A stretch of 25,762 nt of DNA, taken from a virus. Lineage: Duplodnaviria > Caudoviricetes. A program made the position numbers and the translations under genes. Positions 15,996 through 25,762 of this stretch are shown piece by piece. The stretch spans positions 1 to 25,762 of IMG/VR virus record IMGVR_UViG_3300016484_000639; one strand, given 5' to 3'. The notes under the pieces are model-generated. The model did not search any database and was not told the DNA's origin. It saw only the letters and a program-made list of their open reading frames with translations. Each line of letters opens with the position of its first letter. Positions within the stretch are counted from its first letter, which is position 1.

Positions 15996-18900
15996 CTAAG
16001 TAATGCTCCTGTAAAGATATGAAGCCACGCATGATGCGGGACTGTAATTTCCAGACTTGTCACGCATTCGACAAGCTACTCGGTATGTAACTCCTGTTGA
16101 AGAGAGTCTGGGTATTGGGAAAGTTGCGATTGCAATGTCTGCTAAGGGTGTTGTGCTTTGTACAATAGCACAATCAGGATCACTCCAGAAATTGTCTGTA
16201 GTTCCTGAAACTACTGCATCGGGGGTATCATCCCCAGAAGTTGCGCCTGCACGTACTTGACCAAAACGGAATTCATAACAATCAAAATCTACAGGCTTTG
16301 CAGGAAATCCTGTAAGTGTGCATCTTAGATCGTTTCCTACGCGTGTTAAAGTAGCTGTAGTACTTGCCATAGTTGCAGGATTTACAACATCATGTGTAAT
16401 TGTCACCGCTGCGGCTGAGTAATTTTTAAGCGCATCAAAGGCACGCAAATAAAAAGTAGAGGTTGCATTATTGGGTATAGTATTGAGAATGCATTCAGAT
16501 ACATTACCTTTGTATCTGAAACCCGCGGTGCCCCATCCAGAGTTTGCTGCACGAATTTCATAACCGGCAATCACAAATGAACCTTGCACAGCATCTTCCC
16601 AAGCCAACCCAAGATTTAATGAACCGTTCAAAACCTTCATAGGTGTTTGGGTAGGTACTGGAGGAGTTCCAGGACGCGTAATGGTTAAGGTTGGTGAAGC
16701 AACCGTAGCTGAAGAATTTCCTGCAGTATCATAGGTACGAATATACCAGATTCTAGCAGTGCCCGCAACCGCTGGAATGACGTTACAAAAAGCATCGGGG
16801 CCTTTATATATGAAGCCTGCAGTGCCCCATCCGGAATTAACTGTGCGAACCTCATAATGAGAGAAGTCCACAATATCAACAGGATCCCATGAAAGAACAA
16901 CTAAACCAAGGGGGTCTATAGTAGTTATCGGGTTTGTAACTCCAGAAGGCTTTGCTTTACGGCCAGTGACAATATGATTTGCACTAAGGACTTTAGGACC
17001 TGGAACGCCATTCACACTTTCATACCAAATGCGCATTTGGTAGGTTTCGCCTTCAAGTACATCCCTAAAAATAATCTGGGTTTTTGACACGGGAACACTT
17101 ATACGCCCTGACCATCCAGAGGATCCTGCTCTTCGAATTTCACCTACAACGAACTGAGCATTCACAGGCCGCGGAATAACGTGTTTGAATGTCAATGAAA
17201 TGCCGTAGCTATACGTTTTAGACGTAAGTTTAAGCATGGTTGATTCATCGGATTGCATTGATACAATTGTAGGCGATACCGTAATTAATTTTTGCATCAA
17301 TACGGGAGGTAGTGTGATATTTGAGTTGAATGCCGGGATAGCCCCAGAATCAGAGGTATAGACAGCGGGTGCGTAATCTTGCAACGTAAGCTGAGCGCCA
17401 CCATTTTCGAGCATTTCTTTTTCAAGAACAACCAATTCCACACTCTCGGCATTGAGTGTTCCAAACAATACCAGATTACCTGTAGCTGCTTGAATTGTAG
17501 TCAGTGTTGACGTAACAGTGATGTCTGTGTAGTACCCGTCAATGCCTTTAGCTGCTACAATCCTGGTAATACTTGTGTTATCTGCAAGCCTGATTCGAAT
17601 AGTGTATTGAATTCCTGCAGTCATTGGTACAGGAGTGTCTAAGACTAAAGAAGTTGTTGTTGGGCGGCTTTTGATGCGTGCAGATCCAAGACCAAAGCGA
17701 GGAACATCATGAACTACACGTACAAGATCACCACGTTTACAAATGATTTGTTCCCAATCCGTATTCAAGAAATACTGTTCGGGGCGTAATCTAAGCTGAG
17801 CCATATGAAAGCGGGCATGCTTGAAAATAGTTGCAGCACTTGTAATCCCAGGAAATGAAAGTGCTTCAAAGTCAGTTGCTGCTTGAATACCTGCCCCCGC
17901 AACTGCGCCATAACCATCATTATACACGATGATCTCATCTGGTTGAAATCCTTTAGCTGCATTCATAAATTCAATGCGAAATGCATGCGGGACTTTTGTA
18001 TATTGACGTGCCCCCCGGAAACCCCAAGAATTGTGTGGTGTAAAATGCTGCGCAATTACGGTGCGCGGACGATCAATAACAACGGTATGTAGGCCTTCAA
18101 CAACGTCTGGAGATGCTCTACCAGCTGCTGCAATATCGCGTAAAAGATCTTCTACACTTACTTTCTCAACAATGACGTTATCATAGCCAAAACCATTTGA
18201 ACGGCAATATACATGCCAAGATTCGAGTGTTGGCAAATCAATCAAATTATCAGGTACTTTTGCGATATTGCCGGGATGTTGTAAAACATGTCGATACAAT
18301 GAGGCGGGATTTCTTGTAGGTCTTTCAATCCATGTACCTGTAGCAGAGTCATAGTCTTTTGCAATAGATATAGCTGTTGCTGAAATACCGTCAACATTGC
18401 CACTGATCTGGTTAGTGGCAAGAATACGCAATGCCGACATCGCAATTGGTACTGGAGGTTTCACAGGCTTAGTATCTGCAAAGCCGGTAATTGCAAGCAA
18501 GATCACTCGATCTAGGATTGTCCAGCCAACCCCAAAAATGTCGGCGTTATTTGTAAAGGTCAAGTTTTGTACGCGAACTTGGTAACGTCCATAAGGGACG
18601 TTGATATAGGCAGTTTCAGAAAAAGCGTCTGCTTCATATGCATGAGCTTCGCCAGCTGACCCAAAATTTAAATCGCCGTACTTATTTGTGGCTACAGTCA
18701 TTGAATCAATGGTTTTTGAGCCCGCCTCAATTTTAAATATGCGCTGTGTATTATCAATGGCAATTAAATTACCGCCGGTGAATGCAAATGGTAATTCAGC
18801 CCTCTTATCCAAATACTGCCCTACAACAGTACCTACCACTTGAATTTGCCAAAGAGTCCATTCACCGGCCCGTGGTGGAGGTACTCGAGGAAATGATACA

Positions 18901-20801
18901 GGAGCTCCAGGAGGAGCGTTAGCGATCAAATTTGCAAGTAATTGACCGCTTGCGTCAATAGTATATCCGGTCGAAGGACTTCCTGTACGAAGTACAAGGT
19001 TACCCATGACATCCATACGGATTTCATGACAAACTACAACCGCCTCTAAAGTAAGGTCTGTATTTATGTTATAGAAAGCTGTAGGTAATTGATAATTAGT
19101 TTCGGGAAATGATGCAGCAAAGCGATTCCATCCAGTTATAGGCGCCAGCGTTACATCATCAATTTCGCGGTATTCAATTGTGATGCGTGCAGGCAATGTA
19201 GATTGGCCTCCATTGGGATGGATTCTGCGCAAACCTTGGGGCCAGTGGAATAAAAGACTGATAGCAGAACATTTGCTAGGCAATGTATATTCGTATTTAG
19301 GCGATGCCCAAGTATTTGAAGGATCAACAAAAAAGTTACCCGCTACAGTAAATGTAGTGTTGGAGGCTTTTCCGACAATTTCAGCTTGAGCCCATCCAAT
19401 GCTAGCTTGATAAAAAGTCATGAACCAACCAATCTGCCAATCAGGGCGTTCATACGCCGGATTTGAAGTAAGCATTGAAATGGTGGTTGTACCTGAAACT
19501 ATGGTTTCGGCTCCATCAGTTTGGGATGCCGTACGTAGGAGTTCTTGATTGGGGACTAACTGAAATTTGTCATTACCGTAAACATCGGTAATTGTACTCA
19601 AATTGTCGGTAGGAAGTCCTGTAAGAGTTTTAAGCATGACTTCATCGTAATTATTGATGTTGTCCATACCAAGACGTATTTCCGATATTTCAAGAGGTCC
19701 ATAACCCCAAATTAAGAGCATGCGGATATACGAGATTGCACCTACAGCTTCAATGTAATTCTGGGCGCCAAGTGGGGCTGTCATGCGATGCTTCCCTAAC
19801 ACCACAGGGATAGGAGAAAACAATGAAGCCTGATTCTGTCCGCCAAGCAAGATGTTAGCAGTTTTACCTTGATCTATGCTAAATTCTTCGGTTGGACGAA
19901 CAGGGAAAATTGCATTCAACAAAGTGTTGGCTGCGTACAATCCAAGCCCAAGAATGATAGGCGATACATAAGGAGCCAAAATGAGTGCACCGACTTGCAA
20001 AGCCACATTTGCAATGGAGCGGAATGTTTTACCGCCTTTGGGTACAACACGATACTCAATGGTATCAGTGGTTCCTGGAAATGTTGTTGCCCATGCTTCT
20101 TGATCAATCTGCTTACCATTGATCTTGAAGATGCCAGTACAATCAGACTCAAAGCTTGGAATACCTGAATCAACCAGAAGCTGTTGGAGCATTTCTTCCA
20201 AGTTTTGGCCTTTTTTAACATACATAGGCACTCGGTCCCATTTCAGGGGATGGAGGATGCTGTTAATAAGAACAGTCTCGGCATCAGCAAATGCGGCTAA
20301 CTGCGCTGCTTTGAAAACGCGATCATGAAGTTCATTATCTGGGGTATTGTCAGTAGGTGTATAACGATAAACACCTTCAATACGGGTTCCCCAAAGAAGT
20401 CCGAACAATGGTTCAATGACAACATCTTGCCCGCGACGTGCATGAATAAACTTACCTTCGCCGACATATACACCGACGTGTGCAAGATAACCACCGACAT
20501 GAAAGGAGATTACATCACCTGGCTGGTATGCTTGACGGTCTGCAATCAATGACCAGTTAGCCTTTTTCAATGCGATTAATTCGTCAATTGATTCATCGGA
20601 CTCAGTTTGATAAGTCCCCTCTTCAGGAGTCAAGAATGATGGAAGCGCAATCTTGAAAACATCGGCATAAATAAGCCTAATAAGTCCCCAACAATCCAAA
20701 CCCGCCCGAGTGCGCCCATATTCTGCATACGGAATACCTACATAGTCATTCCACCATGTAAGTGATGCGTCCTGAACACCATTATGATTGTGGTATGTCA
20801 T
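15996..20801 (-). CDS. Tail tip protein: NlpC/P60 + ubiquitin-like gpI-type + gpJ-type host-specificity domains with C-terminal Fn3-like repeats
   Basis: GLDCWGL...HVGVY...FIHA; VVPKGG then hydrophobic stretch; PIPVVLG, GYGPL, TRNPA, GDLVRV typical of J-like proteins. Confidence 0.88.
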   Translation of the reverse strand: MTYHNHNGVQDASLTWWNDYVGIPYAEYGRTRAGLDCWGLIRLIYADVFKIALPSFLTPEEGTYQTESDESIDELIALKKANWSLIADRQAYQPGDVISFHVGGYLAHVGVYVGEGKFIHARRGQDVVIEPLFGLLWGTRIEGVYRYTPTDNTPDNELHDRVFKAAQLAAFADAETVLINSILHPLKWDRVPMYVKKGQNLEEMLQQLLVDSGIPSFESDCTGIFKINGKQIDQEAWATTFPGTTDTIEYRVVPKGGKTFRSIANVALQVGALILAPYVSPIILGLGLYAANTLLNAIFPVRPTEEFSIDQGKTANILLGGQNQASLFSPIPVVLGKHRMTAPLGAQNYIEAVGAISYIRMLLIWGYGPLEISEIRLGMDNINNYDEVMLKTLTGLPTDNLSTITDVYGNDKFQLVPNQELLRTASQTDGAETIVSGTTTISMLTSNPAYERPDWQIGWFMTFYQASIGWAQAEIVGKASNTTFTVAGNFFVDPSNTWASPKYEYTLPSKCSAISLLFHWPQGLRRIHPNGGQSTLPARITIEYREIDDVTLAPITGWNRFAASFPETNYQLPTAFYNINTDLTLEAVVVCHEIRMDVMGNLVLRTGSPSTGYTIDASGQLLANLIANAPPGAPVSFPRVPPPRAGEWTLWQIQVVGTVVGQYLDKRAELPFAFTGGNLIAIDNTQRIFKIEAGSKTIDSMTVATNKYGDLNFGSAGEAHAYEADAFSETAYINVPYGRYQVRVQNLTFTNNADIFGVGWTILDRVILLAITGFADTKPVKPPVPIAMSALRILATNQISGNVDGISATAISIAKDYDSATGTWIERPTRNPASLYRHVLQHPGNIAKVPDNLIDLPTLESWHVYCRSNGFGYDNVIVEKVSVEDLLRDIAAAGRASPDVVEGLHTVVIDRPRTVIAQHFTPHNSWGFRGARQYTKVPHAFRIEFMNAAKGFQPDEIIVYNDGYGAVAGAGIQAATDFEALSFPGITSAATIFKHARFHMAQLRLRPEQYFLNTDWEQIICKRGDLVRVVHDVPRFGLGSARIKSRPTTTSLVLDTPVPMTAGIQYTIRIRLADNTSITRIVAAKGIDGYYTDITVTSTLTTIQAATGNLVLFGTLNAESVELVVLEKEMLENGGAQLTLQDYAPAVYTSDSGAIPAFNSNITLPPVLMQKLITVSPTIVSMQSDESTMLKLTSKTYSYGISLTFKHVIPRPVNAQFVVGEIRRAGSSGWSGRISVPVSKTQIIFRDVLEGETYQMRIWYESVNGVPGPKVLSANHIVTGRKAKPSGVTNPITTIDPLGLVVLSWDPVDIVDFSHYEVRTVNSGWGTAGFIYKGPDAFCNVIPAVAGTARIWYIRTYDTAGNSSATVASPTLTITRPGTPPVPTQTPMKVLNGSLNLGLAWEDAVQGSFVIAGYEIRAANSGWGTAGFRYKGNVSECILNTIPNNATSTFYLRAFDALKNYSAAAVTITHDVVNPATMASTTATLTRVGNDLRCTLTGFPAKPVDFDCYEFRFGQVRAGATSGDDTPDAVVSGTTDNFWSDPDCAIVQSTTPLADIAIATFPIPRLSSTGVTYRVACRMRDKSGNYSPASCVASYLYRSIT

Positions 20802-21304
20802 TAGAAGAGCCCTGGAAAGTATGAAGGTGTGAAACTATGTGCTGGAAATTGTTCTTGTGACAAGGATCGCAAAGTCAATTCACTTGCAATCTGATTTTCG
20901 TCATAAGTAAACCCAACCATCCTAAATGTAATTGGTAACTGTTCAAGTACGTTAGGTGTTGTACTAAGAACAGTCTCTACGAGAACTGTTGGTGGTTCTG
21001 TAAACTGCCTCAGAATAGGAATAAGCTCACCTGTAGGATCTTGAATCGTCAATTGAATTACAGGTGTTGAATCTGGTTTTGAATCAGGCATTATAACATT
21101 CAACGGGACATATTCAAATGGTTGTGTACGACTAATAACGCCGTAAACAACTTCGTCAGCCGTTGTCGAGATCCGCTGAAGCCAATTGTCTGCAATACGG
21201 TGCACCCCAGCAACACCAGCGCCTGAAAAAGTCAGCAGGTTGATGAAAGTCGCACTAGACTCTCTTGCAAGAACTTCATTGATTGCTGTGGTTGTTAACG
21301 TCAT
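20801..21304 (-). CDS. Minor tail / baseplate hub protein (DUF1833-like)
   Basis: Position between distal tail and tip genes; C-terminal FPAHSFTPSYFPGLF. Confidence 0.75.
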   Translation of the reverse strand: MTLTTTAINEVLARESSATFINLLTFSGAGVAGVHRIADNWLQRISTTADEVVYGVISRTQPFEYVPLNVIMPDSKPDSTPVIQLTIQDPTGELIPILRQFTEPPTVLVETVLSTTPNVLEQLPITFRMVGFTYDENQIASELTLRSLSQEQFPAHSFTPSYFPGLF

Positions 21305-21663
21305 GGCAGCAACTCAAAGGAAATAGAAACGCGTGATAAAACGGGGGGTTCAGACGTTAATTCATATGCAGTACCGTTATCTTGAAAAACAATCCGTGCA
21401 TCTACTATTGCACCTGTTCTCGGATGCGGGTAATTGAAGGGGGCTGTATATTTAATGACATTTTCCAAGAAGTCATCCAAATAACCAAGCTGTACATCAG
21501 TCAACAAATATGACACACTAAAAGTACGCGGAAGTTTGGATTTGAAGCGTACTTTAGCAGGTCCTTTATCCATCGGTGATGATAACACACTGACCCGATG
21601 AGTTTCGTCGAACCTTGCAAGAACCCCTTGGGGTAATGTAATAGGCCAATTGTATGTTGCCAT
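21301..21663 (-). CDS. Distal tail protein
   Basis: WPITLP...SPMDKGPAKVR...FNYPHP; immediately downstream of the tape measure gene. Confidence 0.75.
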   Translation of the reverse strand: MATYNWPITLPQGVLARFDETHRVSVLSSPMDKGPAKVRFKSKLPRTFSVSYLLTDVQLGYLDDFLENVIKYTAPFNYPHPRTGAIVDARIVFQDNGTAYELTSEPPVLSRVSISFELLP

Positions 21664-21674
21664 GATTTTGTGAC

Positions 21675-24600
21675 CTACCTTGCAACTATCAAAGGCTTAG
21701 CGCCTGTCATATTACGTACAGCCCTGTTTGTAGAAGTCCCGGGGCGGCTAATTTTAGAAGACACGACTTTATCAATGGTTACATCCAATGCGGGTTCACC
21801 ACGACTATCAACAACCTGAGTGGCACTTATATTAGCACCCACTTTGTCATTAATAATAACTTTCATGAACTGCTTCTTACCTGCAGGTGTTTGAGGCATT
21901 ACAGGCGTGTATGTATCATTGGCCAATGTTGCAGGCGCACGCTTAGGCGTTGACACACCCGACTCAAATACATTACCCAAAGCTCCTGAAATACCTGAAA
22001 TCAGTGTATTGAAGAAATTACCGCCCCGTTTAAAGGTCTCATCAAAAGAAATTTCATCAGCCTTATCTTTTTCAGGCATTGTTTTAGGGGTTGATTCACG
22101 TTCAAAAACCTGAAATTGTTCAGTAGTGGAACTCCTAGGACTTAAAACACTCTTAATGCTTCTGAGTAATCCGTCAAAAGAATTTTCCTCGCGGATTATT
22201 TCATTATAAACAGGTCCCGTAGTTGAAGTTTTTGATGACTTCGATACCTCAGGGGTTGCAAACTTTGGCGTCTCAGGCACTTCTGGTGTTTCAAACTTTG
22301 GTGTCTCAGGCACCTCAGGGGTTGCAAACCTCGGCGTAGTTGGGGTTTCAAATGCCGGAAGCTTTAATACTTCCGGTGCTTCAAACTTCGGTGTCTCTGG
22401 TACTTCTGGTGCTTCAAACCTTGGTGCTTCAAACTTTGGCATCTCAGGGGTTGCAAACTTCGGCGTTTCTGGTACTTCAGGGGTTGCAAACCTTGGTGTT
22501 TTCGGCGTTTCCGGAGCATCTAACTTTGGCGTTTCCGGCACCTCTGGAGCATCTAACCTTGGTGTTTTCGGCACCTTAGGGGTTGCAAACTTTGGTGTTT
22601 CTACTTCTGGTGCTTCAAGTTTTAGCACCTTAGGGGTCTTTGGTGTTAGTACTTCTGGTGCTTCAAACTTCGGCGGTGTTTCAAACTTCGGCGTCTTTGG
22701 TGTTACTATTTCCGGCGCTTCAAACTTCGGAGTTTCAAGAGCATCTAATTTTGGGGTTACTGGAACCTCAAACCTTGGTGCTTTTTGTGCTTTTTGTGCT
22801 TTTGGTGTCTCGAGAGCTTCAGGAATCTTTGGTGTTACCGGCGTCTCCGAGGACTCAAACATTTTCGGTACCAATGGTACTTTAGGTACCATTGAGTTGT
22901 ATGTGTTGTTTACTATTTCCTGAATTGAATTGGTTGTTGATTCTTGTGGTGTGTTGTTCAGTATTGTGGGTTCTTTAGGAATTACATTAAACACCGGCGA
23001 AGCTTGACGTTCAAGAAGTTGTTTTGGCTGTTTAGATTGTTGTGACTGTTTAGATGCAGTCACTTTTTCTAAAGCGCCTTCAATACTTCCGGTCAACGTA
23101 TCAAAGAAATCTCCGCCTTTATCACCGCCCACATTATCACTAATGACTACTTCCGTTGCCTGCTTTTTACTTCCGACAGCTTTAGGCACCAAAGGAGTGT
23201 AAGTATCCTTTGCAAGTGATTCTGCTTGGCGTGCTCCCGATGTTTTTGAGCCAAACAAACCACCCAAAGCACTTCCAAGACCCCCTATTAATGTGTCAAA
23301 GAAGCCTCCGCCAGCGCCTTTTCCAGAATTCCCTCCAAGTGTTGGGTAAGGTGTTGTTGGTTTGAAGATGCTGTTTAAGATCGGGTTCATCACCTTAAGC
23401 ATCAACATTTCAGACAATACGCGTTTCACCATCCCTTTGACAATGTCGATGAAGGTATTAGCATTGACTTTACCTTCAACAACGGCATCAGCGAATGCAT
23501 CAGCAAATGATTTAAAACCATCTGCAACTGTTGTCTGCATAAGTTCAGCAAGTCTTTTAAGTCCTGCAAATGGGCCTTCGAGATCTGCTTGTAAGCCTTT
23601 AAGAGCTGCCCCGTATTCAGCCGTCAACCTTTTAACTTCAGACAACGGTACTTTGGCATCGATCAGGCGATCGCGGAAGTCTTGGATCTTTTTGTTGATC
23701 TCTTCCTGCTTCTGGAAGAGTTCATATGCTTGAGGTCCTTGACCAACGGCATTACGTTCAGCCCTAAGTGCTTCAATAGCCTGGTTAGCCTCACGCGTAG
23801 CCTTTGCAATTCGATCTGCATACTTATTGTCAACTTTAAGTTCTGGAGGTTTGGCAAGACTTGCAAAGTCAGGTTTCTTGGCAATCTGCTGAAGCTTATC
23901 CAACTGTGTGGTATAATCTGTAACAGATGCCTTCATCTGATCAATGGCGATTTGCGTACCACGGATCTTTTCATCTGTTGTTGGAAGCAGTTCATCAAAC
24001 CAATCGGTATTTGCAGGCCCCGCACTTGACGGTTGGAGAGCATCTGCAATGTCTCTAATCCAACCACGCAACTTTTTACGATTTGCATCTGTACGCGTAA
24101 AATCGGCTCTATTTGATGCGGAAATGCGCAAGATATTCTGCTGCGCTTCAACCATTGCCTTTGTTTGGGTTTGCAATGCTTCAATCTGTGCCTTAACGTC
24201 GCTAATCAACTGTTGCGTTGTTGACTGTGAAGCAACCTTCATATTCTCCTGAAGCTTGATGTAGTTGTCTACTGACACCTTCAGGGGCGAATTAATTACA
24301 TTAGCAATACCCAGTGTTGTGCCTCTCAAGGTTGCAACTGCGGTTACAACTGCTGTAATGAGAGAAATCAACCGCACAAAAGGCAAAGCATTTGCAGCTA
24401 AGCCAACGGCCCTGATTGGAACAATCAAAGCAGTGAAGCCTCTAACAAGCGCAAAAACTGCTGTAATGATACCCGGAGTTGCAAGACCCAACAAAGCGGC
24501 CGCAGCAATCCCAGCTACTTGACCAATAGTCGTAAGATTTTGCGACGCCCAATTAATGCCTGCAGTGAGCTGTTCGAGAGCATACTTAAAGGTGGTGGAG

Positions 24601-25544
24601 TATCCAACAGCATCATTCAAGGACTGATTGAAGAAGTCCATTGCATTATAAAACCGCCCGATCGAAGCGGTAAGAGAGTCAATTCTTTCATTGACATCTA
24701 CACCCAAGATCTGTGCAATAGCTTTTGAGAATGGTTCCAAGAATTCTTCAGTGGTGACCTTTCCTTTGCGGATCAAATCTGCTAACTTTTGCGTAGTAGT
24801 ACCCATTGCCATTGCAGCAGCTTGCATTGCAATAGGAAGTTGATCACCTAACTGACCTTTGAGTTCTTCCATTTGTACAGTGCCTTTGGAAAGCATCTGT
24901 GAAATGGCTTTAAATGTCGCTTCGACCTGAACACCGCTGAGTTTGAACTTGGCTGCTGCGACTGAGATATTGCGGAAGATGTCAATCATCTTCTGACCTT
25001 CAAGAGTCGTGTTCTTGGAGGCTGCTTTAACGTTTGTCCATTGTTCTGCAAGCACTACAAAGCTGTTGCCGGTTTGATCAGCAATAGCTTTCATGATTTG
25101 AAAGTCAGCACCTGCTTCATGTGCAGAACGACTTAAACCCTGAAGACGAGATTCAATTCGTTCAAATTTTAATTCCGTTTGAATTGCTTGTTTACCAAGC
25201 TCATACATACCCACGCCAACGCCTGCAGAAACTGCAGCAACAGCTGCGAAGGAAAGTGACAGGCTATTTGTTAACCCTGCAAATGAATTGATGCGAGATC
25301 CAAGACCAGACAATGGGCCAAACGCTAGAGCAAGAGCTTGTGAGAATCCATGCAATGCTTGGTTTGAACCGTTAATAGCATTGCGTGTACGGTTAAATGA
25401 ATTCTGAGATTTTGCAGAGAAGGTATTCAGCTGTTGCGTAATTCGATTAACCTGGGCTGCAAACGCATTCATTGAAGCCGTTGCAGCGCTAAGGGCTGCA
25501 GTGTTAGCTCCAACATTGAACGTCACATTGCCCAGATTAATCAT
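21675..25544 (-). CDS. Tail tape measure protein with a low-complexity insertion
   Basis: AISQMLSKGTVQMEELKGQLGDQLP tape-measure motif, Ala-rich helical body, hydrophobic segments, canonical position. Confidence 0.93.
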   Translation of the reverse strand: MINLGNVTFNVGANTAALSAATASMNAFAAQVNRITQQLNTFSAKSQNSFNRTRNAINGSNQALHGFSQALALAFGPLSGLGSRINSFAGLTNSLSLSFAAVAAVSAGVGVGMYELGKQAIQTELKFERIESRLQGLSRSAHEAGADFQIMKAIADQTGNSFVVLAEQWTNVKAASKNTTLEGQKMIDIFRNISVAAAKFKLSGVQVEATFKAISQMLSKGTVQMEELKGQLGDQLPIAMQAAAMAMGTTTQKLADLIRKGKVTTEEFLEPFSKAIAQILGVDVNERIDSLTASIGRFYNAMDFFNQSLNDAVGYSTTFKYALEQLTAGINWASQNLTTIGQVAGIAAAALLGLATPGIITAVFALVRGFTALIVPIRAVGLAANALPFVRLISLITAVVTAVATLRGTTLGIANVINSPLKVSVDNYIKLQENMKVASQSTTQQLISDVKAQIEALQTQTKAMVEAQQNILRISASNRADFTRTDANRKKLRGWIRDIADALQPSSAGPANTDWFDELLPTTDEKIRGTQIAIDQMKASVTDYTTQLDKLQQIAKKPDFASLAKPPELKVDNKYADRIAKATREANQAIEALRAERNAVGQGPQAYELFQKQEEINKKIQDFRDRLIDAKVPLSEVKRLTAEYGAALKGLQADLEGPFAGLKRLAELMQTTVADGFKSFADAFADAVVEGKVNANTFIDIVKGMVKRVLSEMLMLKVMNPILNSIFKPTTPYPTLGGNSGKGAGGGFFDTLIGGLGSALGGLFGSKTSGARQAESLAKDTYTPLVPKAVGSKKQATEVVISDNVGGDKGGDFFDTLTGSIEGALEKVTASKQSQQSKQPKQLLERQASPVFNVIPKEPTILNNTPQESTTNSIQEIVNNTYNSMVPKVPLVPKMFESSETPVTPKIPEALETPKAQKAQKAPRFEVPVTPKLDALETPKFEAPEIVTPKTPKFETPPKFEAPEVLTPKTPKVLKLEAPEVETPKFATPKVPKTPRLDAPEVPETPKLDAPETPKTPRFATPEVPETPKFATPEMPKFEAPRFEAPEVPETPKFEAPEVLKLPAFETPTTPRFATPEVPETPKFETPEVPETPKFATPEVSKSSKTSTTGPVYNEIIREENSFDGLLRSIKSVLSPRSSTTEQFQVFERESTPKTMPEKDKADEISFDETFKRGGNFFNTLISGISGALGNVFESGVSTPKRAPATLANDTYTPVMPQTPAGKKQFMKVIINDKVGANISATQVVDSRGEPALDVTIDKVVSSKISRPGTSTNRAVRNMTGAKPLIVAR
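22245..22890 (-). repeat. Degenerate coding tandem repeat (unit approx. TPKFEAPEVPE, 33 nt, with shorter subunits)
   Basis: About 16 P[KR][FL] cores counted by hand in the translation; DNA units such as ggtgcttcaaactttgg / ggggttgcaaacttcgg. Confidence 0.95.
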
Positions 25545-25553
25545 TTGCGTCCC

Positions 25554-25760
25554 TCAAAATGTAGTCCCTGAATTAGGACTGAGTGCTAAACGTGATTTGC
25601 CTTTTCCTCTACCTTTACCGGGTGTTGGCGTATCACGTTCCCGACGTATTCTCAGATATGCTAACCAATATGCATAAAGCCTAGATGGCATATCTAGAAC
25701 TTGGTCTACTGGGATCTTCAGTTCGAAGGCGACGTGGAAGGCGTCGAGGAGCCTTGCGTC
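25554..25760 (-). CDS. C-terminal part of a tail assembly chaperone (gpT-like), truncated by the window edge
   Basis: Hand translation DARLLDAFHVAFELKIPVDQVLDMPSRLYAYWLAYLRIRRER...TTF-stop; directly upstream of the tape measure gene. Confidence 0.75.
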   Translation of the reverse strand, partial: DARLLDAFHVAFELKIPVDQVLDMPSRLYAYWLAYLRIRRERDTPTPGKGRGKGKSRLALSPNSGTTF

Positions 25761-25762
25761 GC

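Noticed and set aside
22245-22890. CRISPR array or DGR-type repeat
   Set aside because: Units are degenerate, in frame, have no unique spacers and sit inside the tape measure ORF; no cas or reverse transcriptase gene is present in the window.
482-24728. Numerous short alternative-frame and antisense ORFs in the track
   Set aside because: They are nested in well-supported genes, lack SDs or motifs, and look like shadow ORFs.

Overview
A 25.8-kb fragment of a tailed dsDNA phage (siphovirus-type tail, Gram-negative host; an alphaproteobacterial host is plausible but unproven), with two convergent arms. The + arm (1-11764) is a nucleotide-metabolism/replication module. A complete preQ0 (7-cyano-7-deazaguanine) pathway (queC, queD, queE, folE) brackets five genes: a short, divergent TGT/DpdA-fold protein, a family A DNA polymerase with an N-terminal family-4 UDG-like domain, a small unknown gene, a class II (B12) ribonucleotide reductase and a DUF5664-type dATP/dGTP diphosphohydrolase. 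The - arm (25762 to 11874) is the late tail/lysis module: tail chaperone end, tape measure protein, distal tail protein, a DUF1833-like protein, a fused NlpC/P60-gpI-gpJ tip protein, tail fibre, endolysin, holin and spanin-like pair. The most interesting signal is the gene set itself, which suggests by inference a nucleotide-pool-level (pre-replicative) replacement of G by a 7-deazaguanine. Also notable are a large Pro/Glu/Lys/Thr repeat expansion between duplicated segments of the tape measure protein, a long hairpin over the polymerase start, and a branched RNA-like structure where the two arms meet. All calls come from motif recognition by eye; no searches were run.
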